Of a DNA stretch of 64,000 nt, positions 28,006 through 36,795 are shown piece after piece. Position 1 is the stretch's first letter; each line of letters begins with the position of its first letter. The notes below the pieces were generated by a model that was given only the letters and a program-made list of their open reading frames with translations, did not search any database and was not told the DNA's origin. The stretch lies in assembly GCA_902801845.1 (NCBI GenBank), contig CADCJW010000002.1, forward strand, positions 399,612-463,611, given 5' to 3'. The stretch is from an uncultured Eubacteriales bacterium. Lineage in GTDB: Bacteria; Bacillota; Clostridia; Christensenellales; CAG-138. Position numbers and translations under genes: made by a program.

Positions 28006-28013
28006 CGAGAGAG

Positions 28014-28164
28014 TTTTTTGCCGCTTTTTCTTTTCGGTGAAAAGAAAAAGCGGCGGAAAAAGAAAAGCACAGAGAATATAAAGGGGAGATGCCGCAAAAG
28101 CATTTCCCCTTTTCTGTGTTCTTTTGGTGCCCTTTTTCTTACCAAGAAAAAGGGCCGAGGCTTC
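28014..28164 (+). repeat. three-hairpin intergenic repeat, copy A
   Basis: 16-bp stem gccgctttttcttttc/gaaaagaaaaagcggc, central stem, 12-bp stem gccctttttctt/aagaaaaagggc. Confidence 0.8.
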
Positions 28165-28176
28165 CGATCCTTCCTC

Positions 28177-29814
28177 TCAAAAACAAGCGATATTGCTGTC
28201 CGTGCGGGACTCCGTGCCGCCCACCAGGACCCCGTTCGGGAGGCGGACGATCATCTGCCCCCGGCCGAAGCTGGGGGTGTTGAGATCCAGCCGCACGTCG
28301 TGGCCCCGGTCCCGAAGGGCCTGGGCGATTTGGGGCGAGAACCGCCGCTCCACGGTGACGGTCCCGTCCCGAAGCCACTGCCACCGGGGCGCGTCCAGCG
28401 CTTGCTGGGGGTCCAGGTGGAAGTCGATATAGTTCATCATCACCTGCACGTGCCCCTGGGGCTGCATATAGGCGCCCATGACCCCGAAGGGCCCCACGGG
28501 CCGCCCGCCCGCCATGAGGAAGCCGGGGATGATGGTGTGATAGGTCCGCTTCCCCGGCTCCAGCCGGTTCGCCGCCGCCGGGTCCAACGAGAAGTCCGCC
28601 CCTCTGTTTTGCAGGGACACGCCGGTGCCCTCCACCACGATCCCGGAGCCGAAGCCCTTGTAATTGGACTGGATATAGGAGACCATGTTCCCCGCCCCGT
28701 CGGCGCAGCAAAGGTACACCGTCCCGCTCTTGGGCGGCAGCCGGTGGGTCCAGACCTGGGCCCGCTCCCCCATCTCCCTGGCCCGCATGGCCCCGTAGGC
28801 GGGGGAAAGCAGATCGTGATAGTCGATCTCCATCCTGTCCGGGTCCGTCACGTACCGGAAGGCGTCCGCAAAGGCCATCTTCATGGCCTCCAGCTGCCGG
28901 TGGACCGTCTTGACGTCGTCCCTGTCGTCGAAGGCGAACTCCTTCAAAATGTTCAGCGCCATGAGGGCCGCGATCCCCTGGCCGTTGGGCGGGATCTCGC
29001 ACACGTCGAACCCCCGGTAGTTCACCGAAATGGGCTCCACCCACCGGGGCTGGAAGGCGGCCAGGTCCGCGAAGCGGATGTACCCCCCGTCCCGGCGGCT
29101 CTGCTCGTCGATCCGCTCGGCGATCCGCCCCCGGTAGAAAACCTCCGCGCCGGTCTCGCCGATGGCCTGAAGGGTGGCGGCGTGGTCCTTTAGGTAGATC
29201 ATCTCCCCCGCCACCGGCGCCCGGCCCTTGGGCGCGAAGGTTTGGAACCAGGGCCCGTGCTCCGGCCCGGTGAGGGTCTTGGAAAACAGGTCGAAGCTGA
29301 CCTTCCACATGGCGGCCAGGTTCGGCGAGCAGGGGTACCCCTCCGCCCCGTACCGGATGGCGGGGGTCAGATCCTCCAAAAGGGAGAGCCGCCCGAACCG
29401 GCCGTTCAGCGCCGCCCAGGCGGCGGGGGCCCCGGGCACGGTGACGGGGGTCCAGCCCCGGACGGGCATATGCCCCTCCTCGGCCCGGCCGTCATTTTTG
29501 ACCCGGTCTATGGACAACAGCCCCGGCGCGGGGCCGCTGGAATTGAGGCCGAAAAGCTTTTGCTCCTGCTCGGACCAAACGAGAGCGAAGGCGTCGGAGC
29601 CGATGCCGTTGGCCGTGGGCTCCACCACGGTCAGGGCCGCCGCTGCCGCCACCGCCGCGTCCACGGAGTTCCCGCCCCGGCGCAGGGCCTCCAGCCCCGC
29701 CGCGGCTGCCTGGGGGCTGGAGCAGTTCACCATGCCGCCCCGGGCGTAGAGGGGGAAACGCTGGGAGGGGTACCGCTGCTGCAGCGGATCGAAGGGAAAG
29801 GGATCAATCTTCAT
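28177..29814 (-). CDS. ggt: gamma-glutamyltransferase family protein (cytoplasmic, YwrD-like)
   Basis: GGNSVDAAVA, VVEPTANGIGSDAF, VTVPG, PPNGQG, GTVY nucleophile Thr, LQNRG, EPGKR.YHT. Confidence 0.9.
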   Translation of the reverse strand: MKIDPFPFDPLQQRYPSQRFPLYARGGMVNCSSPQAAAAGLEALRRGGNSVDAAVAAAAALTVVEPTANGIGSDAFALVWSEQEQKLFGLNSSGPAPGLLSIDRVKNDGRAEEGHMPVRGWTPVTVPGAPAAWAALNGRFGRLSLLEDLTPAIRYGAEGYPCSPNLAAMWKVSFDLFSKTLTGPEHGPWFQTFAPKGRAPVAGEMIYLKDHAATLQAIGETGAEVFYRGRIAERIDEQSRRDGGYIRFADLAAFQPRWVEPISVNYRGFDVCEIPPNGQGIAALMALNILKEFAFDDRDDVKTVHRQLEAMKMAFADAFRYVTDPDRMEIDYHDLLSPAYGAMRAREMGERAQVWTHRLPPKSGTVYLCCADGAGNMVSYIQSNYKGFGSGIVVEGTGVSLQNRGADFSLDPAAANRLEPGKRTYHTIIPGFLMAGGRPVGPFGVMGAYMQPQGHVQVMMNYIDFHLDPQQALDAPRWQWLRDGTVTVERRFSPQIAQALRDRGHDVRLDLNTPSFGRGQMIVRLPNGVLVGGTESRTDSNIACF

Positions 29815-30211
29815 GGGGCGCCTCCTCCAACTCGCGAACATACCCGTCCAGGATGGCCGCGGCCCGCTCCACCACGAAGAGGCAGCGCACGTCGGGCCGG
29901 CGATACATTTGCTTCAGCTCCCCGCACCGGATGCTGCCCAGCTCCGCCCGAAACCGGTCCACCAGCCCGGCGCAGTCCTCCCGAAATCCGGGGGTAACGT
30001 GGGCCCGGTCCCGGACCCGCCGCTTCGACAGGGCGGCCACGGCCCCCAGCAGCGCCCCGCAGGTCTCCTCGCAGCCCAGCCCGCCGCCGAAGCCGCTGAC
30101 CAGCTTCACGTCCTCCGGGGCGATGTTCAGCCCATACCGCTCGTCGGCCCAGAGCAGCACCGCCTCGGCGCAGTTGTGATCGGTATCCAAAAAGAGCTCT
30201 CGGATGGTCAT
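29804..30211 (-). CDS. C-GCAxxG-C-C family redox protein
   Basis: NCAEAVL, GFGGG...TCGALLG, GSIRC.ELK, RC. Confidence 0.85.
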   Translation of the reverse strand: MTIRELFLDTDHNCAEAVLLWADERYGLNIAPEDVKLVSGFGGGLGCEETCGALLGAVAALSKRRVRDRAHVTPGFREDCAGLVDRFRAELGSIRCGELKQMYRRPDVRCLFVVERAAAILDGYVRELEEAPHED

Positions 30212-30353
30212 GGTCCCTCCCGATTTCATATATTCTACCAGTATTTTCGCATACTTCCCCGCCTTTTGCAACGGCAAGACCCCTTTTTCCCCATGTTTTT
30301 CTTGCAGAAAGGCGGGATCTATATTACCATAGAGGCACAACGAGGAGGACGCC

Positions 30354-31067
30354 ATGAACATCTACCTTGCCTTTTCTCTCTTTGCCCTGGTCATCTTGGG
30401 CTATTGGGTCATCTCGGAGCTGTTCGCCATGCTCTTTCGCTTCACGGGCCTGCCGGACGAGAAGGCCCGGTTCCAGGTGATCTCCCTGCTCACGGGCTGC
30501 GGCTTCACCACCCACGAAAGCGAGCTGCTGCTCACCACCAAGTCCAGGCGGCGGCTGGCCCGGATCACCATGCTCTTCGGGTACGTGTTCAACATAACCA
30601 TCGTGTCCGCGTTCATCAACGTGTTCTTCTCCCTGAAGATCTCGGAGCTGGCGGCGGACCTGATCAGCAGCCTCATCCCCCTGCTGGTGATCCTGTTCAT
30701 CCTGACCTTCATGCGGGTGCCGGCGGTCCGGGCCTGGGGGGATCGGCTCATCGAGCAGCTGGCCGGGCGCATCATCCACCGGGACACCGCCAACAGCATC
30801 TGGCTCATGGACTACATCGGCCAGGATTCCATCGCCCAGGTGACGCTGAACGAGGTGCCCGAGGATCTGCATAATAAGCCCCTGTCGGAATCGGGTCTCA
30901 AGACGGAGCACAACATCCTGGTCATGCTGGTGGAACCCTTGGGGGGCAAGGCGGAGCCCGCCTCCGCCCGGACGGTCTTTCAGCCCGGGGACAAGCTCAC
31001 GGTCTTCGGGGATTATGCCACCATCAGCCGGATCTTCCATGCCCGGGAACGCTTTAGTGAGCAATAA
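30354..31067 (+). CDS. membrane protein with K-channel-like segment and TrkA-C (RCK_C) domain
   Basis: TGL..EKARFQVISLLTGCGFTT.ESE; C-terminal P.A.TVFQPGDKLTVFG. Confidence 0.8.
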   Translation: MNIYLAFSLFALVILGYWVISELFAMLFRFTGLPDEKARFQVISLLTGCGFTTHESELLLTTKSRRRLARITMLFGYVFNITIVSAFINVFFSLKISELAADLISSLIPLLVILFILTFMRVPAVRAWGDRLIEQLAGRIIHRDTANSIWLMDYIGQDSIAQVTLNEVPEDLHNKPLSESGLKTEHNILVMLVEPLGGKAEPASARTVFQPGDKLTVFGDYATISRIFHARERFSEQ

Positions 31068-31141
31068 TATTTTCGCGATTTGCCCCCGCTCCCGCAGGAG
31101 AGGGGGTTATTTTTTGCCGAAAAACGTGGTATCCTATCCCT

Positions 31142-32005
31142 ATGAAACGAGTTCTGTGCATCCTGTTGGCCCTGGGGCTGCTGCTGGGCTGCCGGGGGGA
31201 GATCGCGGCCATGGAGCCGGCAGCCACGCCGGCCCCCACGGCCCCTGCCGCCACCGTGGGGCCCACCCGAAATCTGGCGGTGTCCGCCCCAACGCCGGGG
31301 CCCACCGTATCCCCCACGCCGACCCCGGAACCCACGCCCACGCCGGAGCCCACGCCGACCCCGGCGCCCACCTTGGACCCCGACCGGCCCATGATCGCCC
31401 TGACCTTTGACGACGGGCCCACGGAATACACCGACCAGGTCCTGGACCTTTTGGAGCGATACGGGGCCAAGGGCACCTTCTTCGTCATCGGCAGCAGCCT
31501 CAGCGACAAGACCCGGCCCGTTTTGCAGCGGATGGCGGATATGGGCTGCGACATCGGCAGCCACGATCTCACCCATGCCAACCTGACCCGGTTCTCCGCC
31601 GCCGCCAACGTGAAGCGGATCGAGAAGATGCGGGCGCGGATCTCCGCCCAGATCGAGGGCGGGTACGAGATCCGGCTGCTGCGGCCGCCCTACGGGTCCG
31701 TGAACAAGGCCCTGCGCCGGGCCTGCCAGGAGGGGCAGGTGGCCTGCGTCCGCTGGTCCGTGGACACCCGGGACTGGAGCAACAAGAGCCCCAAGACCAT
31801 CCTGAAGATCGTGAAGCGGGAGGCCAAGGATGGTGCCATCATCCTCTTCCACGACCGGCTCCCCACCACCGTCACGGCCCTAAAAGACGTGATCCCCTAC
31901 CTGGTGGAGGAGGGGTACGACCTGGTCACCGTGACGGAGCTCATCGAAAGCAGCGGCCAAAGCCTCGTCTGGGGCGCGGACTACCACAGAAAGCCTGGCC
32001 GGTGA
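31142..32005 (+). CDS. polysaccharide deacetylase lipoprotein with Pro/Thr linker
   Basis: Lipobox LLGC; PTPTPEPTP repeats; ALTFDDGP, SHDLTH, RPPYG, WSVDTRDW, ILFHD. Confidence 0.9.
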   Translation: MKRVLCILLALGLLLGCRGEIAAMEPAATPAPTAPAATVGPTRNLAVSAPTPGPTVSPTPTPEPTPTPEPTPTPAPTLDPDRPMIALTFDDGPTEYTDQVLDLLERYGAKGTFFVIGSSLSDKTRPVLQRMADMGCDIGSHDLTHANLTRFSAAANVKRIEKMRARISAQIEGGYEIRLLRPPYGSVNKALRRACQEGQVACVRWSVDTRDWSNKSPKTILKIVKREAKDGAIILFHDRLPTTVTALKDVIPYLVEEGYDLVTVTELIESSGQSLVWGADYHRKPGR

Positions 32006-32012
32006 GAGACCC

Positions 32013-32041
32013 TTGACAGGCGGGCCGATTTTCCGTACTAT
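32013..32041 (+). promoter_or_regulatory. sigmaA promoter
   Basis: TTGACA, 17 bp, TACTAT. Confidence 0.65.
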
Positions 32042-32070
32042 CATCCTATATATCGTGGGGAGGTAACAGC

Positions 32071-33765
32071 ATGAACATGGTCGATTTTCGGGACATGCCC
32101 TACGCGCGGCCGGATGTGGAGGCGCTGAAGGCCGCTTACAGGGACACCACCAAGAAGCTGAAGGACGCCCAGAGCTATGAGCAGGCGCGCTCCGCCTTCT
32201 TCGCCCTCCAGGATGCGGAGGAGCGGCAGGCCACCATGGCCGTGCTCTGCTCCGTGCGCAACACCATCGACACCACGGACCCCTTCTACGACGGGGAGAT
32301 GAAGTGGCTCCGGACCGAGAGCGCGTCCCTGATCCCCCTGGACAAGGCCTATCAGGAGGCGTTGGCGACCAGCCCCTTTCGGCCCCAGTTCGAGGCGGAG
32401 TTCGGCCAGCAGATGTTCCGGCTCATCGACGCGGAGCTCAAGACCTCGGATGAGCGGATCATCCCGGATTTGATCCGGGAGGGGGACCTGTGCCAGCAGT
32501 ACCAGAAGGACAGCGCCCTGGCGGTGACCGACTTTAGGGGCGAACAGTGCAACTTCTACGGCCTTCTAAAGCACATGGAGAGCCCGGATCGGCAGGAGCG
32601 GAAGGAGGCCTTCCACGCCTGGGCCGCCCTGTATGAAAAGATCAGCCCCCAGCTGGATGGGGCGTACGACGAGCTGGTGCACCTTCGGGACAAGATGGCC
32701 CGCACGTTGGGGTTCGAAAGCTATACGGACCTCGCCTATTTGCAACGGCGGCGGTTCGATTACACCAAGGAGGACGCGGCCAACTTCCGCAAGCAGATCC
32801 GGGAGATCGTGACCCCCGCTGTGGCCGCCATCCGGGAGCGGCAGCGGCAGCTTTTGGGCGTAGACAAGCTCCGATACTACGACGAGGCGCTGCTCTTCCC
32901 CGAGGGGAACGCGGACCCGGAGGGGACCATGTCGGAGCTGGTGCAGAAAGCCCTCACCATGTACCGAGAGATGAGCCCCGAGACCGGGGAGTTCTTCGAG
33001 TTCATGGTGAAGTACCATCTGTTCGATTTGGAGACCCGGCCCGGAAAGCGGATGGGCGGGTACATGACCACCTTCCCCGGCTATCAGGCGCCCTTCATCT
33101 TCAGCAATTTCAACGGCACCAGCGCCGACGTGGACGTGCTCACCCACGAGGCGGGCCACGCCTTCCAGGGGTATCTTGCCATGCGGTCCATCCCTATCCG
33201 GATGCTGGGCGGGTCCACCTCCGAGATCAACGAGATCCACTCCATGACCATGGAGCACTTCGCCTACCCCTGGATGGGGAGCTTCTTCGGGGAGAAGGCG
33301 GAAAAGTACCTGACGGCCCACCTGATCGGCGCCATCGCCGTGATCCCGTACATGGCCTGCGTGGACGAGTTCCAGCATAGGGTGTACGAGCAGCCGGACA
33401 TGGACGCCCACCAGCGGCGGCAGGTGTGGCGCGAGATCGAAAAAACCTACATGCCCTGGCGAGACTACGACGGGGAGCCCTTCCTGGAGGAGGGCGGTTT
33501 CTGGATGCAGAAGCAGCACATCTTCCTGTACCCCTTCTACTATATCGACTACGCCCTGGCCCAGATGTGCGCCTTCCAGTACTACGGCCGCATGAAGACC
33601 GACCGCAAGAAGGCCTGGCAGGACTATCTGCGCCTCTGCCGCGCCGGCGGGACGAAAGGTTACTTCGAGCTGTTGGAGCTGGGAGACCTCCTCAACCCCT
33701 TCCGGGACGGGACCGTGGCCGCCTCCGTAGGGCACGTGGTGGAGGAGATACGGGAGAGGTACTGA
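32071..33765 (+). CDS. M3 family oligoendopeptidase (PepF-like)
   Basis: GKRMGGY, THEAGHAFQ zinc motif, EIHSMTME, HIFLYPFYYIDY. Confidence 0.92.
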   Translation: MNMVDFRDMPYARPDVEALKAAYRDTTKKLKDAQSYEQARSAFFALQDAEERQATMAVLCSVRNTIDTTDPFYDGEMKWLRTESASLIPLDKAYQEALATSPFRPQFEAEFGQQMFRLIDAELKTSDERIIPDLIREGDLCQQYQKDSALAVTDFRGEQCNFYGLLKHMESPDRQERKEAFHAWAALYEKISPQLDGAYDELVHLRDKMARTLGFESYTDLAYLQRRRFDYTKEDAANFRKQIREIVTPAVAAIRERQRQLLGVDKLRYYDEALLFPEGNADPEGTMSELVQKALTMYREMSPETGEFFEFMVKYHLFDLETRPGKRMGGYMTTFPGYQAPFIFSNFNGTSADVDVLTHEAGHAFQGYLAMRSIPIRMLGGSTSEINEIHSMTMEHFAYPWMGSFFGEKAEKYLTAHLIGAIAVIPYMACVDEFQHRVYEQPDMDAHQRRQVWREIEKTYMPWRDYDGEPFLEEGGFWMQKQHIFLYPFYYIDYALAQMCAFQYYGRMKTDRKKAWQDYLRLCRAGGTKGYFELLELGDLLNPFRDGTVAASVGHVVEEIRERY

Positions 33766-33902
33766 GGGGGTTTTGTTCCCTTTTTCTCAGCTTGAAAAAA
33801 AACCCAGGGATGATAAGAAGGGATCGCAGCGTGCGATCCCTTTCCTAAGCTTTTCTTTCGGGGCGGCCTTTTCACCGAAAAGAAAAGGTCGCAGAAAGTC
33901 CC
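33766..33902 (-). repeat. three-hairpin intergenic repeat, copy B (degenerate)
   Basis: Minus strand shares cttttcttttcggtgaaaag and aaagaaaagc with copy A; central stem aagggatcgca/tgcgatccctt; ends agaaaaaggg. Confidence 0.65.
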
Positions 33903-34286
33903 TTACCTGTCCACCGTCTCGGCGATGGCCTCCACCTCCACGAGGACGTTCTTGGGCAGGGTCTTCACCGCCACGCAGGAGCGGGCGGGGCAGTCACCGG
34001 TGAAGAAGCGGGCGTAGACACCGTTGAAGGCGGCGAAGTTCCCCATGTCGGAGAGGAAGCAGGTGGTCTTGACCACGGAGGCGAGGCTGGCGCCGCCGGC
34101 CTCCAGCACCGCCTGCAGGTTCTTCAGCGCCTGCTCGCTCTGTGCTTCGATGGTGTCGCCGACGATAGCGCCGGTCTGGGGGTCCAGGGGGATCTGGCCG
34201 GAGGTGAACACCAGTTTGCCGCTGACCATCCCCTGGCTGTAGGGGCCGATGGCCCCGGGAGCGTTGGTGGTTTCGATCTTTTTCAT
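33903..34286 (-). CDS. ridA: RidA family enamine/imine deaminase
   Basis: APGAIGPYSQG, SGQIPLDP, VVKTTCFL, PARSCV, LPK.VLVEVEAIA. Confidence 0.93.
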   Translation of the reverse strand: MKKIETTNAPGAIGPYSQGMVSGKLVFTSGQIPLDPQTGAIVGDTIEAQSEQALKNLQAVLEAGGASLASVVKTTCFLSDMGNFAAFNGVYARFFTGDCPARSCVAVKTLPKNVLVEVEAIAETVDR

Positions 34287-34305
34287 GGATTGGATTCCTT
34301 TCAAT

Positions 34306-34470
34306 TGGTATTTTATTGAAGCTTCGCGACTTTTCTTGAAAGAAAAGTCGCCCAAAAGAACTTTATTGAGGGGGTATAGTATGGCAGGAATACTCTTTTA
34401 CCCCAGATAAGTTTCTCTTTTTCCGCCGCTTTTTCTTCTTTGTCTAAAGAGAAAAAGCGGCAAAAGGAAA
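34306..34470 (-). repeat. three-hairpin intergenic repeat, copy C
   Basis: Minus strand ttttgccgctttttc..gaaaaagcggc ggaaaaagagaaac ... gttcttttgg gcgacttttct/agaaaagtcgc ... aataaaatacc. Confidence 0.8.
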
Positions 34471-34474
34471 ACCC

Positions 34475-35143
34475 TCACACCACATTCCAATCTATCCCCG
34501 TCTCCCCGGCCGCCTCCAGGATGGCGTTGGCCTTGGAGAAGTGGCGGCAGCCGAAGAAGCCGTTGTAGGCGGAGAGGGGGCTCGGGTGCACGGTTTCCAG
34601 CTTCACGTGGAGCGGGTTCGTGATGAGCGCCTTCTTGCTCCGGGCGTTGGCGCCCCAGAGCAGGAACACCACGGGCGTGGTCTTGTTGTTGAGCTCCGAG
34701 ATGACCCGGTCCGTCAGGATCTCCCAGCCCTTCCCCTTGTGGCTGTTGGGCTCGTGCTCCCGGACGGTGAGCACCGTGTTGAGGAGCAGCACCCCCTGCT
34801 TCGCCCAGCAGGTGAGCTCCCCATGGGCCGGGCGGGCGATGCCCACGTCGCTCATGAGCTCCTTAAAGATGTTCACGAGGGACGGGGGCGGCTCCACGCC
34901 CTTGCGGACGGAGAAGCAGAGCCCGTGGGCCTGGCCGGGGCCGTGGTACGGGTCCTGGCCCAGGATCACCACCTTCGTGTCCGAAAAGGAGGTGTACTTC
35001 AGGGCGTTGAAGATGTCGTGCATGTCCGGGTACACGACGTGATGCCGGTACTCCTCGATGAGGAACTGCCGAAGCTCCAGATAATAGGGCTTTTCAAACT
35101 CCCCCGTGAGACGCTCGTCCCAGTCGTTGCCGATGTGCACCAT
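34475..35143 (-). CDS. ung: uracil-DNA glycosylase family 1
   Basis: [40 protein letters not shown]. Confidence 0.97.
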   Translation of the reverse strand: MVHIGNDWDERLTGEFEKPYYLELRQFLIEEYRHHVVYPDMHDIFNALKYTSFSDTKVVILGQDPYHGPGQAHGLCFSVRKGVEPPPSLVNIFKELMSDVGIARPAHGELTCWAKQGVLLLNTVLTVREHEPNSHKGKGWEILTDRVISELNNKTTPVVFLLWGANARSKKALITNPLHVKLETVHPSPLSAYNGFFGCRHFSKANAILEAAGETGIDWNVV

Positions 35144-35204
35144 GGCTGTGGCCTCCTTGGTTCGTGTCTGGAACCAGTATACCGGGTACGGGGGGAAAAG
35201 GCAA

Positions 35205-35472
35205 CCTTTTGCCGCTTTTTTTCCATGGGCAAACCATTGTCGAAATCTGCGCTTCGCTTGATTACTCCGTGTTTTGCCCGTGCTGCGCCTCGCTGCCTCT
35301 GCCACAGGCAGCGCTCGGCTTCGCACCCTTATACAAAGAGAAAAAGCGGCGGAAAAAGAGAAACTCATTCGGGATACTGGGTATAGGCACCTAAGCCATA
35401 CTCCCCCTTTGTGTTCTTTTTGGTTCTTTTTCTTACCAAGAAAAAGAACGCCGGCTTTCATTAAAATACCAC
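35205..35472 (+). repeat. three-hairpin intergenic repeat, copy D, with ~100-bp insert in hairpin 1
   Basis: ttttgccgcttttt [insert] gagaaaaagcggc ggaaaaagagaaac ... gttctttttgg ttctttttctt/aagaaaaagaa ... attaaaatacc. Confidence 0.8.
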
Positions 35473-35473
35473 T

Positions 35474-35854
35474 CTAATACGGCTTCAGCACCCCGGCCTG
35501 GACCGCGGCCATGAGCAGGTCCGCCAAGATCCCCTCCCGCCACTTATAGAGGGTGGACGGGCTCACGTTCAGCTCCATGGACAGCTTGATCACTTCGCTG
35601 TCCCGGCCGGGCGTGCCGGGGACGGTCCCGTCCAGGTGGTACAGCCGGGCGAAGAAGCGCTCCTTCTCCGGCGCCTTCGCCTTCAAATCCGCCCGGACCC
35701 GCTCCACGGCCCAGACCCAGCCCGTCTTCTCCAGATACTTGGGAGGCAGGGGCCGCCCCGCGTCCGCCGCTGCGTCGTAGCCCCTGAGAAAACTCAGGTT
35801 CTCCCTGTACCGTTTCGCGTTCCGTTCCGCCATATACCTAAGGTCGCGCTGCAT
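35474..35854 (-). CDS. hypothetical protein with C-terminal HTH, resembling phage ArpU/RinA-like activators
   Basis: GGAGGTG RBS; W.WAVERV...RLY...IKLSMELNVSPSTLYKWRE.IL. Confidence 0.55.
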   Translation of the reverse strand: MQRDLRYMAERNAKRYRENLSFLRGYDAAADAGRPLPPKYLEKTGWVWAVERVRADLKAKAPEKERFFARLYHLDGTVPGTPGRDSEVIKLSMELNVSPSTLYKWREGILADLLMAAVQAGVLKPY

Positions 35855-36002
35855 CGCGTTCACCTCCTTTTTTCCTTCGTTCTGGGGCCAGTATACCAAG
35901 TTTGCCCTGCCCTGTCTTTCCGTTTATGGGACATATACCGGATTCGCCATAAATGCATCCTATGGGTCCCTGCCCCCGGGCGCTATCTTCCCTCCGATTC
36001 AT
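35838..36002 (-). CDS. possible small hypothetical protein (54 aa)
   Basis: AAGGAGGT RBS, ATGA overlap with the upstream stop; no recognisable domain. Confidence 0.3.
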   Translation of the reverse strand: MNRREDSARGQGPIGCIYGESGICPINGKTGQGKLGILAPERRKKGGERDAARP

Positions 36003-36658
36003 ACCTCCTTCGCCTCCTTCATGCGGTGCAGTTCGATGGCCGCTCTGAACCTGTCCGCATCGCTCAATTCGCTCTCCCTGACCGGTCGCTCCCGATCCAT
36101 GCCGTTGCTCTCCCAGGAGCGCACGGCCGCCTTCCAATCCTTCATGGGCCGCTTCCCAATATACCAGCCGTTGGCCTCGTAATAGTTATAGAAGTACTGA
36201 ACGTCCACGTTCAATCCCGCTTCCTGAGAGAAGGACATCACCTCCTCCAGGGAGGGCTTTTTCTCTCTCTCCTCCGCCGTCAGGCGCGGCTCTGTGGAAG
36301 AGAGAGAGTCATTGTCCTTGTCATTGTCATTGTTTTTTTCTTTTTCATTGTCATTGTCTTGGCTATCCTGGCTATGATCAGGATAGGGGTCCCCATCCTT
36401 GGCTACCTTGCTCCATCGAATGGCTGCGCCTTTGCGGCCGTTCCTCCGGTCGGCTTCCACTTTGGTCTTGTATGCCGCCACTTCCCGGTCGATGTTCTGT
36501 CGGGCCACGGTCCAGAGAACTCTCTCCTTGCCCTTCAGCTCCGGCTCCGTCCCGTCCAGGGCGTATCGGAGCATGGCCCGAAACAGGCGCCCCACGGCCC
36601 CGTCGCTCAGGGGCGCCGCCACCTCCAAAAAGTCCGTAAACACCTTCAAATACTTCAT
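35999..36658 (-). CDS. DUF6291-like phage replication initiator / replisome organizer protein
   Basis: N-terminal LSD..VGRLFRAMLRYA...E; NGRKGA..RW; DN-rich linker; C-terminal PSLEEV...FYNYYEANGW..GK.PMKDWKAAVRSWE. Confidence 0.7.
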   Translation of the reverse strand: MKYLKVFTDFLEVAAPLSDGAVGRLFRAMLRYALDGTEPELKGKERVLWTVARQNIDREVAAYKTKVEADRRNGRKGAAIRWSKVAKDGDPYPDHSQDSQDNDNEKEKNNDNDKDNDSLSSTEPRLTAEEREKKPSLEEVMSFSQEAGLNVDVQYFYNYYEANGWYIGKRPMKDWKAAVRSWESNGMDRERPVRESELSDADRFRAAIELHRMKEAKEV

Positions 36659-36760
36659 GTCCTCTACCTCCTGCCCCCATGGTAGCAGAGGAAAGGCCCT
36701 TTGGATTCCGATAATCCGTTCATACTTTCCATGGGATCGGGTTTCGCCCCTTGCCCATAC

Positions 36761-36789
36761 TTGCATCCCCGGCCAAAGGATGCTATGAT
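36761..36789 (+). promoter_or_regulatory. sigmaA promoter giving a probable leaderless rsmA mRNA
   Basis: TTGCAT 36761-36766, 17 bp, TG-c-TATGAT 36784-36789; ATG 6 nt downstream; no SD. Confidence 0.6.
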
Positions 36790-36795
36790 GCCGGT

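Noticed and set aside
31290-31375. Tandem repeats encoding PTPTPEP (also Pro/Ala/Glu tracts in dnaX and 38240-38450)
   Set aside because: Ordinary low-complexity protein linkers
28014-35472. Intergenic repeats as a CRISPR array or IS ends
   Set aside because: No regular repeat-spacer period, no cas or transposase gene, copies dispersed and diverged
35474-36658. Intact prophage
   Set aside because: No integrase, att sites, packaging, structural or lysis genes; flanks are housekeeping genes
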